Of a stretch of DNA of 64,000 nucleotides, positions 1 through 13,200 are shown piece by piece (positions within the stretch are counted from its first letter, which is position 1; every line of letters starts with the position of its first letter). The translations under genes were made by a program, and so were the position numbers. The notes beneath the pieces were generated by a model. That model had not been told where the DNA came from. It made no database searches and saw only the letters and a program-made list of their open reading frames with translations. Origin of the DNA: Eledone cirrhosa (lineage: Eukaryota); assembly GCA_964016885.1 (NCBI GenBank), contig OZ024762.1, positions 7,440,001 to 7,504,000 on the forward strand, in the 5' to 3' direction.

Positions 1-340
1 TCCGGGACATTCTAACCACATGTCCATAGTACCAGAGCTGTGATCTCTCAATTCAGTGAAGTAGCAGCTCTACCTGGAGTGACTCTCTAATCTCTGACTA
101 CAAATATGTCCAGTGATTCTTTCCGGGACATTCTAACCACATGTCCATAGTACCAGAGCTGTGATCTCTCAATTCAGTGAAGTAGCAGCTCTACCTGGAG
201 TGACTCTCTGATCTCCAAGCTTCAAATCTGTCCAGTGATTCTTTCCTGAGACATTCTAACCACATGTCCATAGTATCAGAGCTGTGGTCTCTTAATTTGG
301 AGAAATAGCAACTGTATTACCTGGAGTGACTCTGATCTCC
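1..340 (-). mobile_element. RTE-clade LINE 3' fragment with ~121-123-bp tandem units
   Basis: Same unit as the 38805-39785 array. Confidence 0.8.
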
Positions 341-471
341 AAGTTATGCACTTTATATAGATTTATTTATCAAAATAAAAACAAGAACATTTATAAAATA
401 TGGAATTACCAAATATTCTCCTAGTTTTTATTATTTTTATGTTTCAATTTTTAACCTCAATAAATTTTCAG

Positions 472-3400
472 GAATTAGCCATAGAACTTAAACAGCCCTT
501 GCGTGTCCTTGGTTGGTACCATTCGCATCCACATATCACAGTCTGGCCATCTCATGTCGGTAAGCTTTCTTTAACCATTTAGCATTTAAACTGGCCATAT
601 CCGGCCAGAATTCTCTCACCCCTTTCTGTTCAAACTGGCTGTAACCGGCCACTCATCTAACCTTAAAGTATTGTTCTCAATATAAATAATATTAAAATCT
701 CATAGATTCGATATTATGTGAGGTAAAGCCTTTACCGTGGAAATACAATAGTAAATATAGAATGTAAATGTTATGTGAGGTAAAGCCTTTACCATGAAAA
801 TATAATAGTAAATATAGATTAATGTAAATACTAAAGGGTTAAACATAGCATTACACCTTTTTACAGTGTCTATAATTCTAAGTTTAACCCTTTTGATACC
901 AAAACATCCCAAACCACTCCTAATTCCACAATATAAAGCTGTTTATATTAATCTAGAAATTTTCCAACATAATTTCATGTAAGGATCTTTGTTAAGTTAT
1001 GTTCCAAACATGGCTTGTTTCTATGTTATCATGTGTGGGCTATAATTACAACATGATCAAGATAGATTTTATCTTGCCACAATTGAGTTTCTGTTTCATA
1101 TTCTGTCAATTATATTTCATTCTCAAGATGTCCAAACCCAAGCCATGTACCAGATGATGGAACCTGGGTTTATTGGTCTCATCTTCTCAGTCTTTAATGA
1201 AGATAAAAACTCAAAGGTAAGATATCTGAAGTTTGTCTCGATCTATATATATCATCATCATTTTACGTCCGATTTTCTCTGCTTGCAAGGGTATTCTGAT
1301 GAAGGACTAGCATCTGAAACATTAAGATTCTTCTCCTACTATATCAAGTGTAAAACTAATAATATATTTCTTCATTGTTCTGCTTTATTTCTGTTTGCCT
1401 TTTGCATACATATGTAAATAAAAATACATATATTTCTGTGTGTATATATATATATATATAATGTGACTGTGTGTATAAATATATATATATATAATGTGAT
1501 TATATATGTATGTCTGTGTGTGTGTATAAATATAAGGCCTCCATGCTTCCCGAGATCCGCTAACACATACACACATGTACTTCCCTGACATTTGTGTATT
1601 ATTCTATGTACTATATTGATGAGTTGTAGTGCACCTGAGCACTTTACACAATAATTTCATTATTCATATAATGTGACTGTGTATGTATGCGTGTCTATAT
1701 ATATATATAGTTTGACTGCCATGTAAGTTTCAACTGATTGTAAAACTGACTTGTACTTTGTTCTCTGTGTCAGTGACCCACTTCAGTTTGTCTCATAGAA
1801 AGCACTGGCTCATGAGGATACACATACCTATACAGATACATACTTATATATATATATCATCATCATCACCACCATTTAATGTCCATTTTTTTCCTTTCTA
1901 TCATGGGTTAGACGTGTTGTCCTGTTTGAGGCATGTTGTGTTCGGTGACTATCTTGCTCATATTGGACTGTGTCTGGCTTGGTTTCTATGGCTGGATGCT
2001 CTTCCTAACACCAACCTCATTTACAGTGTAAGCTGGGTGCTTTTTGACATGTCACTACATGACCACTTTACAGTGTGGACTGGGTGCTTTTTGTCGTGTC
2101 ACCAACACAACCACTTTACTGTGTGAACTGGGTGCTTTTTGTCGTGACCCCTACATAACCACATTTACTGTGTGGGCTGGGTACTTTTTGTCGTGACCCC
2201 TACATAACCACATTTACTGTGTGAACTGGGTGCTTTTTGTCGTGACCCCTACATAACCACATTTACTGTGTGAACTGGGTGCTTTTTGTCGTGACCCCTA
2301 CATAACCACATTTACTGTGTGGGCTGGGTAGTTTTTGTCGTGACCCCTACATAACCACTTTACTGTGTGAACTGGGTGCTTTTTGTCGTGACACCTACAT
2401 AACCACATTTACTGTGTGAACTAGGTGATTTTTGTCGTGTCACCAACACAACCACTTTACTGTGTGAACTGGGTGCTTTTTGTCGTGACACCTACATAAC
2501 CACATTTACTGTGTGAACTAGGTGATTTTTGTCGTGTCACCAACATAACCACTTTACTGTGTGAACTGGGTGCTTTTTGTCGTGATCCCTAGATAACCAC
2601 ATTTACTGTGTAGGCTGGGTGATTTTTGTCGTGACACCTACATAACCACATTTACTGTGTGAACTAGGTGATTTTTGTCGTGACACCTACACAACCACAT
2701 TTACTGTGTGAACTGGGTGATTTTTGTCGTGACACCTACATAACCACATTTACTATGTGGGCTGGATGATTTTTTGTCATGACACCTACACGACCACTTT
2801 GCAGTGTGGACTGGAGGCTTCACAAGATGTATGCCACAGATATATATATATATTACTGCAGTTCTTGAAATATCATGAAAATATAAAGTATTTCACTGTT
2901 AATATTACATTTCTATCATTTTTAAGGAAATCTTAAAATTGTTTTACTTTCTTTTTCAGCAAAACAAAATCCAAACAACTTGTTTCCAATCCAGAAAGAG
3001 CAACATATCTGATAACCAGTAAGTCTTGTCATATATATATAATTGAATAAACAAAAGAGATGAACACTAATATAAACATACATGTGTTTGAATCGTAAGG
3101 ACTAACTACAGCAATATGGTTTGTCAGACTTAATTTTAAATATTAAATTAAGAAAAATAACAGACCTATATTGGGCAATCGCCTGGTAACAACTAGACAG
3201 TTGTGATAATTCTTATCGTACACAATTCAGTCTCTAATAAGATGTTGCGTAACAGTCTCCAAAACTGTCTAGTTGTTACCAGGCGATTGCCCAATATAGG
3301 TCTGTTATTTTTCTTAATTTAATATTTAAAATTAAGTCTGACAAACTATATTGCTGTAGTTAGTATTTTTTCCCCCTAGCAAACTTGGTCCTTACGATTC

Positions 3401-6400
3401 GAACACATGTATGTTTATATTAGTGTTCATCTCTCTTGTTTATTCAATTATATTGTACGGCTCGGAAAAGCTTATTTTCTTAGAGCTATTTAATTGTAAG
3501 AGATTACTCTGAGTTTCTAACTCACTATATATATATATATATATATATATACATACATACATGCATGATCCTGTAACCCCTGGGGAGTCGTAGGGATGCT
3601 ATCAGGGCCTATGAGAGGGTGGGAAGTCCAGCCAGTACTTTGTTCCGGGGCCCAAGAGCTAAGAAATCCCCCACAGCAACCATGCAACATCCATTTTGAG
3701 AAAAATGTTTGCCTGCTTCGGGCCCCAAAAGGTTCTTGTAAGTCTTGTACCGCCTTGTAAAATTTCTCTTGGAGGCCTTGGATGCTATATTGACATATAG
3801 CATTTCTAGGGCATTCTTTAAAACCTTGGCGGAGCCCATCTGCCCTCCGGGTTTAAATACAGTAGATTTCTTCCAGAGAAGGATAGAAAGTGAGAGAATG
3901 GAAGTGAGAAAGAGATATAGAGGAAGAATCAACCCCAGTACAAGACTGGTACTTTTTTTTATCAACCTCGAAAGGATGAAAGGTAAAGTTGACATTGGAA
4001 AGATTTGAACTCAGAGATCAGAGATCCAAAACAAATACCACAAGGTATTCTATCTGACGTTCTAATGATTCTGCCAATTCATCACTGTTTATATATACAT
4101 ACACATTTATACATGTATGTATGTATATATATATATTTATCTATGTATATATATATATATTTATCTATGTATAGTACATAGAATAATATACAACTGTCAG
4201 GGAAGTGAATAGTGTATGAGTCATGATATACATGTGTGTGTGTGTATGGAAGGGGAATATTAGGTGTAGTGTTGGCGAATCTCAGGAAGCATGGAGGTTT
4301 CAAAGGATGCAGTGTCTCGACAGCTAACAACTGATGCAGGGAGTTTGTTCCGTGGAGGTTTCAAAGGATGCAGTGTCTCGACAGCTAACAACTGATGCAG
4401 GTAGTTTGTTCCGTGGAGGTTTTAAAGGATGCAGTGTCTCGACAGCTAACAACTGATGCAGGTAGTTTGTTCCGTGGAGGTTTTAAAGGATGCAGTGTCT
4501 CGACAGCTAACAACTGATGCAGGTAGTTTGTTCCGTGGAGGTTTTAAAGGATGCAGTGTCTCGACAGCTAACAACTGATGCAGGTAGTTTGTTCCGTGGA
4601 GGTTTTAAAGGATGCAGTGTCTCGACAGCTAACAACTGATGCAGGTAGTTTGTTCCGTGGAGGTTTTAAAGGATGCAGTGTCTCGACAGCTAACAACTGA
4701 TGCAGGTAGTTTGTTCCATGGAGGTTTTAAAGGATGCAGTGTCTCGACAGCTAACAACTGATGCAGGTAGTTTGTTCCATGCTTCAGCAACTCTGAGCAT
4801 TAAAAAATGTTTCCGATAGTCATGGGACCTGTAACGTTTTCTGACTTTGTTGGCATGCCAACATGTGTTAGACACATGGAAATCAAAAAGATACTCAGGA
4901 TTGTTGTTGGCAAGATGCTTAATAATTTTATGGATGTTTACTAAGTCAGTTCAGAATTATGTTCAAAGTTTTACATTCATTTTTTGACTAAGATAGCCGA
5001 ATGATTTGAAAGTTCTGATCCTCTAAATTTTATTGTTCTTTTCTGTTTCAGATTTGAACGTATTGAAATTCCACTCCACATTGTACCAAGCAGTAGCATT
5101 GGTCAAGCCTGTCTAGAATCTCTTGTGGATCTACCCAGGATCATAACACAAGAAGAGGACGAAGCTTACCAAAGTTTGGGACAGAACTCAGATATGGATC
5201 TCATTACAAAGTTACACAATGCTTCAGGTAGGGACAGGTTTCTTTTAACCCTCACCCCGATCTTCCCACACAGACACCAACCTTTCCCCCTCTCTCTCTC
5301 CCTGGCATGGAGTCCCCCACCCAACATATTGTGGTATGTTTGGTCGAACATTTATGAAAAGGTGTATATATATATATATGTCAGGTCACCAGTTGGTGCT
5401 ACTGGTAACATGTATCCCAGTACAACCTGTCTCATGGTCAGGTCGTTGGCGACTAAACTGGCAACCCCACCAAGATTTCTTGGTGAGGAGGGTGACTTTG
5501 GACATCCTGCAGGACTAAAAACAAAACCTGTCAAAGGGCAAAGGAGCTCTTAAGAGTCAATGGCCATCCAAAATCACCGGGAGAGATGACCCCTAGCCTT
5601 TGTCAGGGCATTCTTCTAGGAGAAGGAAAACTCTGATATAACACCTGCAACCCTGATGGTATCCAATGATGTTGACTTGTTGTTCTTTTTGGTAAATATC
5701 ATCTTGGTTAAGAGAGTGGGACTGGCTTTGTGCAGTGCCTTTGCTCACTATAAAAGGTTCACGGCACAGGCATTGCTTTATATCTGGAGATCTCTCTGCA
5801 CTTGTCGTCACATGGTACCATGGGCCCAGCACTATGTGTCAATAATTGTCACAAGTGTAGTGTTTGTAACAGAGTTTTCAAGTCGCTGGCTGGACTAAAA
5901 AGTCACTCGTTCAGCGCATCAGCAGGGGTTCTCCTACATGCATATGAAATAGTGGCCGTAGTCGAAAACGAGTTGGCAGCTACCATATATATATATGGTA
6001 AATTTCGACCTTGCACACTTGCACCTCTCTAAGACAATGTCAGTCATACAGAAGACCCACCTTCCCTACGTGCAAAGTTAACCTACAGTCAGTAGGCACC
6101 TCTTAACCAAATATACACCCCAACCCACTACCCTTACTCCACCCCCACTCCCTCCAACACCACCCTTTCTCTGTAAAGTTGGTACCACAACATCGAGTCC
6201 AAACTAATGAGGTCGTGTAGGTGTCATGACAAAAAACACAGTCCACGCTGTAATGTGCTCTTGTAGGCAACACGGTAAAAAGCTCCCAGTCCACACTGTA
6301 AATATGGTTGGTGTTAGGAAGGGCATCCAGCCATAGAAAACCTGCCAGATAGCCCTATACGAGCGAGACACGGTCACCCAACCTTGCCTCAAGTGGGACA

Positions 6401-7427
6401 CTTCCCCTCTAAACCCATGCTAGCGTGGAAGATAGACATTAAACGATGATGATGATGAGTATGATTATATATATAAAAATGAATTGCCATTTCTATGGGA
6501 CAGACGGCAGCTATTAACGTCTGCTCCATCCCCTCTCCCTCCCAGCGTCACTGACCCTGACTAATGATAATTGTTTCTACTTTTGGCACAAGGCCAGCAA
6601 TTACCCCAGTGTATTACTGGTACTTTATTTTATCGACCCCGTAAGGATGAAAGGCAAAGTTAACCTCGGCGGGATCTGAATAATTATGGTAATAATGATT
6701 TCTTATTTAGGCAATTTTTTAGGGGGGAAGGGAGAAAGTCGATTAAATCGACCCCAGTGCATTACTGGTACTTTATTTTATTGAACCCTGTAAGGATGAA
6801 AGGCAAAGTTGACCATGGCGGGATTTGATCTCGGACCGTAAAGGGCCTTAATTCTGTGCTGCAAAGCATACTGCCAATAGTAATAACTGTTTCTACTTTT
6901 GGCACAAGGTCAGCAATTATCCCAGTGCATTACTGGTACTTTATTTTATCGACCCCGTAAGGATGAAAGGCAAAGTGAACCTCGACAGGATTTGAACTCA
7001 GAATGGCAAGGGCCGTAACTCTATGCGTCAAAGCATGGCGTCCGACCCTCTACCGATTCTGCCAAATCCACCGCCATACTACCAATAATAATAATAATTA
7101 CCAAAAAATGTTAAGTTATTATCTTAGTATATCCCTCAAAATTCTTCAGTAATTAATTAAAATAGAGATCATGATGATGTACTTCATTAGATACACTCAT
7201 GAAAGTGTTAATATAACCGTTAGTATTGTCAACACTAAAATGATAAAAAGAAATCTTATTCACAATATCTTTCAGTGTATAGCTGTAGCTTGGCCTTGAT
7301 CATGGAGGTGCTGATGGGTCCTTTGATGCAAACTTTGGAAACCCGACACGAACGGAATCTACTGCGTATTCAAGAACTCATCCAGAGACGACGTCAATTA
7401 TTGAACCAACTTGAAGCTGCCACATGA
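472..7427 (+). CDS. BRCC3: BRCC36/BRCC3 Lys63-specific JAMM/MPN+ deubiquitinase, 3' part (5' exons lie outside the window). Coding exons 472-559, 1128-1216, 2960-3018, 5052-5227, 7276-7427
   Basis: Spliced translation ELAIELKQPLRVLGWYHSHPHITVWPSHVDVQTQAMYQMMEPGFIGLIFSVF..TCFQS..FERIEIPLHIVP..CLESLVDLPRIITQEEDEAY..TKLHNASVY..GPLMQTLE..* carries the JAMM HSHP..S..D motif and follows human BRCC3 as I recall it. All junctions are GT-AG with matching phases (1,0,2,1). Confidence 0.96.
571..843. mobile_element. piggyBac-like MITE (TTAA-CCCTTTAGCATTT TIRs). Family members also at ~8470-8927, 10690-10908, 19349-19553, 19818-20020, 23558-24500, 27716-27903, 44315-44768, 49640-49870, 59627-59914
   Basis: Ends ttaacc(a/c)tttagcattt ... 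aaat(g/a)ctaaagggttaa: TTAA target site with CCC termini, and an internal 60/72-bp minisatellite of variable copy number. Confidence 0.75.
2030..2815 (+). repeat. ~59-60-bp minisatellite derived from a SINE-associated segment
   Basis: About 12 copies of actgtgtgaactgggtgctttttgtcgtgacccctacataaccacattt; related arrays at 9590-9850, 48770-49320 and 57100-57305. Confidence 0.85.
3037..3453. repeat. Long inverted repeat (foldback) in a BRCC3 intron
   Basis: 3037-3202 is near-perfectly reverse-complementary to 3263-3453 (one ~24-nt indel), with a 60-nt spacer. Confidence 0.9.
4160..4952 (-). mobile_element. CR1/L2-group LINE 3' end with a 62-bp tandem array (~8 units). Family copies at 18420-19105, 37410-38185 and 51740-52290
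   Basis: Translates as [33 protein letters not shown], typical of CR1-group RT C-termini, followed by a (TAA)n-like tail. Confidence 0.8.
5370..5985 (+). mobile_element. Internally deleted RTE-like element (5' region plus C-terminal C2H2 zinc knuckle). 5' part also at 33430-33650
   Basis: Near-identical copy at 33430; translation CHKCSVCNRVFKSLAGLKSH. Confidence 0.6.
6565..7080 (-). mobile_element. Cluster of tRNA-derived SINEs with a Meta-domain-like core. Many copies, e.g. 15040-15255, 29780-29967, 43310-43480, 46950-47135, 48125-48310, 53775-53925, 62950-63270
   Basis: tRNA-like head (tggcagaatcggtagag..gagttcaaatcc) plus core gcctttcatccttacggggtcgataaaataaagtaccag. Confidence 0.8.
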
Positions 7428-10128
7428 GATCTAAAATCAAATTAGTTTTTATTTATTTATTTGGTTTATTATTTTTTGGTTTGTGTTTTTTTTTTATATA
7501 AATCCTTCTATATGTAATTTAAAAAGAAAGGAAAGAAAAATGAAGAGCTTAAAATTACGAAGAGCAACACAACTGCTTTATATGTGTCCCTCGCCATCCC
7601 ACCAACCACAAGTGGACTTAACTGACTGGAGGTATTCAAACATCTACAATACCCCCCACCAACACCTGGTCAGCCCACCTATCACAGATACCTGTAATTA
7701 TCCACGAAAGTATTAAAATAAAACTGCTTCATGTCACCATGTCACAAAAATTACTCTGGAAAAATATTCTACAACAAAAAAAACAAAAACAAACCTTCTT
7801 CTTTGCCCACTTATTCCTGGGAGGGTCGTTGAGGCAGATTCCTTGAAACACTCCTTCTAGCGAGTCCTGTCAGAAGCAACCATCTCCAACTGAGATCAGC
7901 CAAGCTCATCGGTGTTATCCAACCATTTTGCTCAGGGTCTACCCCTGGGTCTCTTGCCAGTTGGTTTTGGCCATAAAATCTGTCCAGCGATTCTTTCCTG
8001 AGACATTCTAACCACATGTCCAGTAGGAACACAAACATAATTCTGTACGCCCCAAAAAACTGGAACAAAACAAGAACTGCATAGAATTTCATAAAACGTC
8101 TGCCTGCGATAACATAGGCAGTAAAAATAACCCAACAACACTCCACATCCTGATGATGGGACTGTGAAAGTCTAGAAACACTGATTAAAACTATGAATTT
8201 AGGAAGATTGCTGTTCCAACCTAGCTGCAAAGAATTTATAAGAGAACATGAAGGAGAAGAATCTAATAAAAAAAGTTAAAAATCAAATATAGTTTTGTCT
8301 TTAACAACACAGAATCAAAGACACAGACAGGGTTGGCTGAAAAGCTCATGGAATGACCAAATGAAGTTTAAAGAAACAATGCAGTTATTAAAGTTGAAAT
8401 TAATGCATGCAAGATTTAATGATAAACATGCAAGAGTCTATCACTGTAGCTTATGAAACATTGGCCATTCATACTTATGTTAAGGTATTGTTCTCAAAAT
8501 AAATAATATCAAAATCTCATAGATTCGATATTATGTGAGGTAAAGCCTTTACCACAAAAATACAATAGTATATATAGAGTAATGTAAATGTTATGTGAGG
8601 TAAAGCCTTTACTGTGAAAATACAATAGTATATATAGAGTAATGTAAATGCTATGTGAGATATGTGAGGTAAAGTCTTTACTGTGAAAATACAATAGTAT
8701 ATATAGAGTAATGTAAATGCTATGTGAGATAAAGTCTTTACTGTGAAAATACAATAGTATATATAGAGTAATGTAAATGTTATGTGAGGTAAAGCCTTTA
8801 CTGTGAAAATACAATAGTATATATAGAGTAATGTAGATGTTATGTGAGATATTATGTAATGTAAGATAAAGCCTTTACTGTGAAAATACAATAATATATA
8901 TAGAATAATATAAATGCGAAAGAGTTAAGAAAAGTTAAGTACAACAAATATATTTTAGTAGGAGGTTATTTATATATATTTATATTTTATTAAAATTCCA
9001 TAAATAGTATTTTCTATATATATTTTAGATAATCAGACAGAAAATATTTACATAATTTATTTACAATATATATATGATATATATATATGCATGCATGGTC
9101 CCGTAACTCCTGAGGGAGTCGTAAGGACATATTGACATACAACATTTGTAGGGCTTTTTTAAAAATCTGCCAGAGCCCATCTCCTCTCCAGGTCTGAATA
9201 CAGTAGATTTTCTTGTAGCAAAAGGATAGAGGAACGAAGTGAGAAAGAGATATAGAGGAAGAACCTACCGCAATACATGACTGGTACCTTTTTTTACTGA
9301 CTTCGAATAGATGAAAGGCAAAGTTGACATATATATATATATATATACATACATACATACATATACAGGTATATATGGACCCATAACTTTAGATGGAGTC
9401 GTAAAAACGCTGTTATGACAGACGGCGTTGGGCATTTTAAACCCGACAGAATCTATCCTTCTGCATGTCCCCCAAAAATGTGTACACACTTCCACAGCAC
9501 TCTAATAAATATTGCCTGTACAGGTAATCAAAGTGTGTATACATTTTTGGGACAACCTGTGTATATATATATAGGCCGAAATAAATGAGATTGTGTAGGT
9601 GTCATGACAAAAAAACACACAGTCCACGCTGTAAATGTGGCTGTGTAGGCAACACGGTAAAAATCTCCCAGCCCCACACTGTAAATGTGGTTGGTGTTAG
9701 GAAGGGCATCCAACTGTAGAAAACCCGCCAGACAGTCCACGCTGTAATGTGGCCGTGTCGGCAACACGGTAAACACCTCCCAGCCCCACACTGTAAATGT
9801 GGTTGGTGTTAGGAAGGGCATCCAACTGTAGAAAACCCGCCAGACAGTCCTATGCGAGCAAGACAACCACTCTTGCCTCAAGTGGGAAAACCCCCGTCCA
9901 AACCCATGCAAGCGTGGAACACGGACGCTAAACCTGATGATGATGATGATATTGAATATATTGAATACATATAAAAATGAGAAAACTCATTGCTAGAACA
10001 GCCGTTAAAACAGCTAAATGCCTCAGAGGACAGTGGCCAACAGAGAGACAATCCACAAGATGTGTTAGAAAGTATAGTCACAGTCTACTATTCCAAGTAT
10101 CAAGTACTCTGCTGAATAATGGTCTTTG

Positions 10129-10166
<38 letters not shown>

Positions 10167-10223
10167 CACACACATATACATCAATATAATATATGTTTGC
10201 AATATAATTTGATGTATTTTCCA

Positions 10224-13200
10224 CTACTGTTGTGTATCTTGTATATTATACATTGGAATCTGTTTCGAAACCTCCATATCCGATATGGTAAAGTCTGTCT
10301 CACTGGGAACTTTCAGTTCCTCTGCCAGTGAATCCGTCTCACTCGACACCAAACTAAGATCTGGTTCTTCAAATATACCAACTGAAGATTGTTGCATCTA
10401 AACGTAAATAAAACATAGAAAACATTTTTTTAATTCTAAAATTAGAAATTTAAAATCAAAAACAAAGGAACAGTGATAGTGACCAGAAAAAAATAATTGG
10501 CCTAGTGGATAGGAGTTTGATTAAAGCTGATTTATTCTACAGAAGGGGAGAGAGAGGTGACAATAATTTACTGAACTAGTAATTTTTTCTTTATGAACCT
10601 TGAAATGATCAAAGGCAAAAGTTAACCTCATGATGCCGAAAAGAAGTTATATTTCACTTTTTATCACTGATAAATTTTAATTACGTATTTAAGCATATAT
10701 ATAGAGTAATGTAAATGTTATGTGAGACAAAACCTTTACCAAGAAAATACAATAGTAAATATAGAGTAATGTAAATGTTATGTGAGGTAAAGCCTTTACT
10801 GTGAAAATACAATAGTAAATATAGAGTAATGTAAATGCTATGTGAGGTAAAGCCTTTACTGTGAAAATACAATAGTATATATAGAGTAATGTAAATGCTA
10901 AAGGTTTAAAACAAACATGTTTTAGATTTGTGGGAAAGAAAACTCAGTTAAAAATATTTACCTGCTCAAATATTGAATCAAATCGTTTAAGTGACTCTTC
11001 ATTCATCGAAATAGTTTCTGTTGAGTTGTCAACCACCTGCAGTTGAATACCTGATGGTGCAGCACTGATACCATGCAGTCCACTAGCTGATGTTGGTGCA
11101 GCACTGATACCATGCAGTCCACTAGCTGATGTTGGTGCAGCACTGACACCATGCAGTCCACTAGCTGATGTTGGTGCAGCACTGACACCATGCAGTCCAC
11201 TAGCTGATGTTGGTGCAGCACTGACACCATGCAGTCCACTAGCTGATGTTGGTGCAGCACTGATACCATGCAGTCCACTAGCTGATGTTGGTGCAGCACT
11301 GATACCATGCAGTCCACTAGCTGATGTTGGTGCAGCACTGATCCTCTGCAGTTCTATAGCTGATGTTGGTGCAGATCTGATCCTCTGCAGTTCTATAGCT
11401 GATGTTGGTGCACCGACCTTCTGAAGGTCAACAGCTTGTGTGTGTGCACTGACTTGTTGCAGTTCAACAGCTGCTGTTGGTGCACTGCATTGCTGCAGCC
11501 AATTGCTACCCTGTTGTGGAGACCTTTCATTACGATTGGCCACAAAGTTTGCTGTGTTTTGCTTCTTCTCGTTTTCTTTAAAACGTTTGATGAATGTCCT
11601 CGCCTGGTCTAAGAGGACTCGATAGTCTTGCTTAATGTTGCTAGGGAGAGACAGCTCACTGAGACCACTTAAACTACTGGAACTCACTGAACTGTTGGTG
11701 TTGGTGCTGCTGGTACTGTTGTTGGTGATGGTGTTGTTGGTGATGGTGTTGTTGGTGTTGGTGTTGTTGTTGGTATTGGTGTTGGTGGTGGTGTTGCTGG
11801 GATTGGTGTTGTTGCTGGTGCTGGTGTTGGTGTAGGGGTTGTTGGTGCTGGTATTGGTGTTGGTGGTGTTGTTGCTGGTATTGGTGTTGGTGTTGTTGCT
11901 GGTGCTGGTGTAGGGGTTGTTGGTGCTGGTATTGGTGTTGGTGTTGTTGCTGGTGTTGGTGTTGTTGGTGCTGGTATTGGTGGTGTTGTTGCTGGTATTG
12001 GTGTTGGTGTTGTTGCTGGTGTTGGTGTAGGGGTTGTTTGTGTTGTTGTTGCTAGCTTTTCTTGATACTGAACTGGTTTCACCTGACAGGGAGGACAAGT
12101 TAGTCCCGTTCGATATTTGTGTTATTCTTGCTGTAGTTGTCATTGTTGATGTTGTTGTCACTGCCATCATTGATGTTGACATTGACTGCAGGGGAGAAGA
12201 GGAGAAAGAAAGGCAGGCAGTATTGGAGAAAGCTACAAAGTTAGGCAAGGAGATGGTCATGGGCGGACGGTCAGAGTTGTTATCATCATCATTATTCTCC
12301 TCTTTTTTACACGTGGAATGCATCATTATCTGATGGTGCTGTGAAGGTAGTGGAGGAGAATACCAATCTGGTGACGAGTCAATAGCCCCTCCACCCCCTT
12401 CTCTGTGGACAGAACCAAGAATTGGAGAGATGTCGAAGGGCAAATGTTCGTGGCTGACTGGTGAATTATTCATTGAGGGTTCTGTATAAATCGTCTCCTG
12501 TAGCAGAGAGACCCAGGTTTGACCCTCAACATCAACCGACTCCTGTCCAGTTTTCCCCCACATCCCTGGGGGTCTTTTCTCCCTCGGAAAATTTACGTCC
12601 GAGCCTTTTGATAAAGGGTTGACATAGACTTTAGCTTTACGCACGGCCGAAGGTTTCGGTTGAGTGGAATTAGAATTATTAGCAGAAAGATCTTCCTGAG
12701 AAGACGAGGTAGAAGAAGAAGCTGAAGAAGAAGATGTAGAAGAAGCAGAAGAGGAGGACAAAGAAGAATAAGAATACTGAGTGAGAGACGACGATGATGA
12801 TGATAATGAAAGACAGTTTTTAGGCTCAGATGGAAGCCTAGCATCAGGCATTGTTTTAGATTGGCAAATCTCCGACCAGGCACCGGCTGCTAACTTTTCT
12901 AAAGAAGCAGGTTTGAACACAACAGGTTTGTCTGTTTGCTGCAATGTCGCCGCTGCTGCTGCTGCTGCTGTTATTGTTGACAATGATGGTGATGGTGGTG
13001 ATGGAGATGGGGACGAAGGCGATGAAATGGCACAGCCTCGTGACACCTGAGACGGCAGATAATTGCACATCACTACAGTTGATTTACTGGTAGAGTCGGA
13101 GACACTCGACTCCTCCAAGACTTGGTCTTTAGCGACGATACCACCAACACCACCACCACCACCGCCGCCATTCAACAATGGTGGCACATCTGGTGATGTC

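Noticed and set aside
11684-12082. Mucin-like PT-rich alternative ORF and antisense hydrophobic ORFs
   Set aside because: Alternative frames of the CEP295 Asn/Thr repeat.
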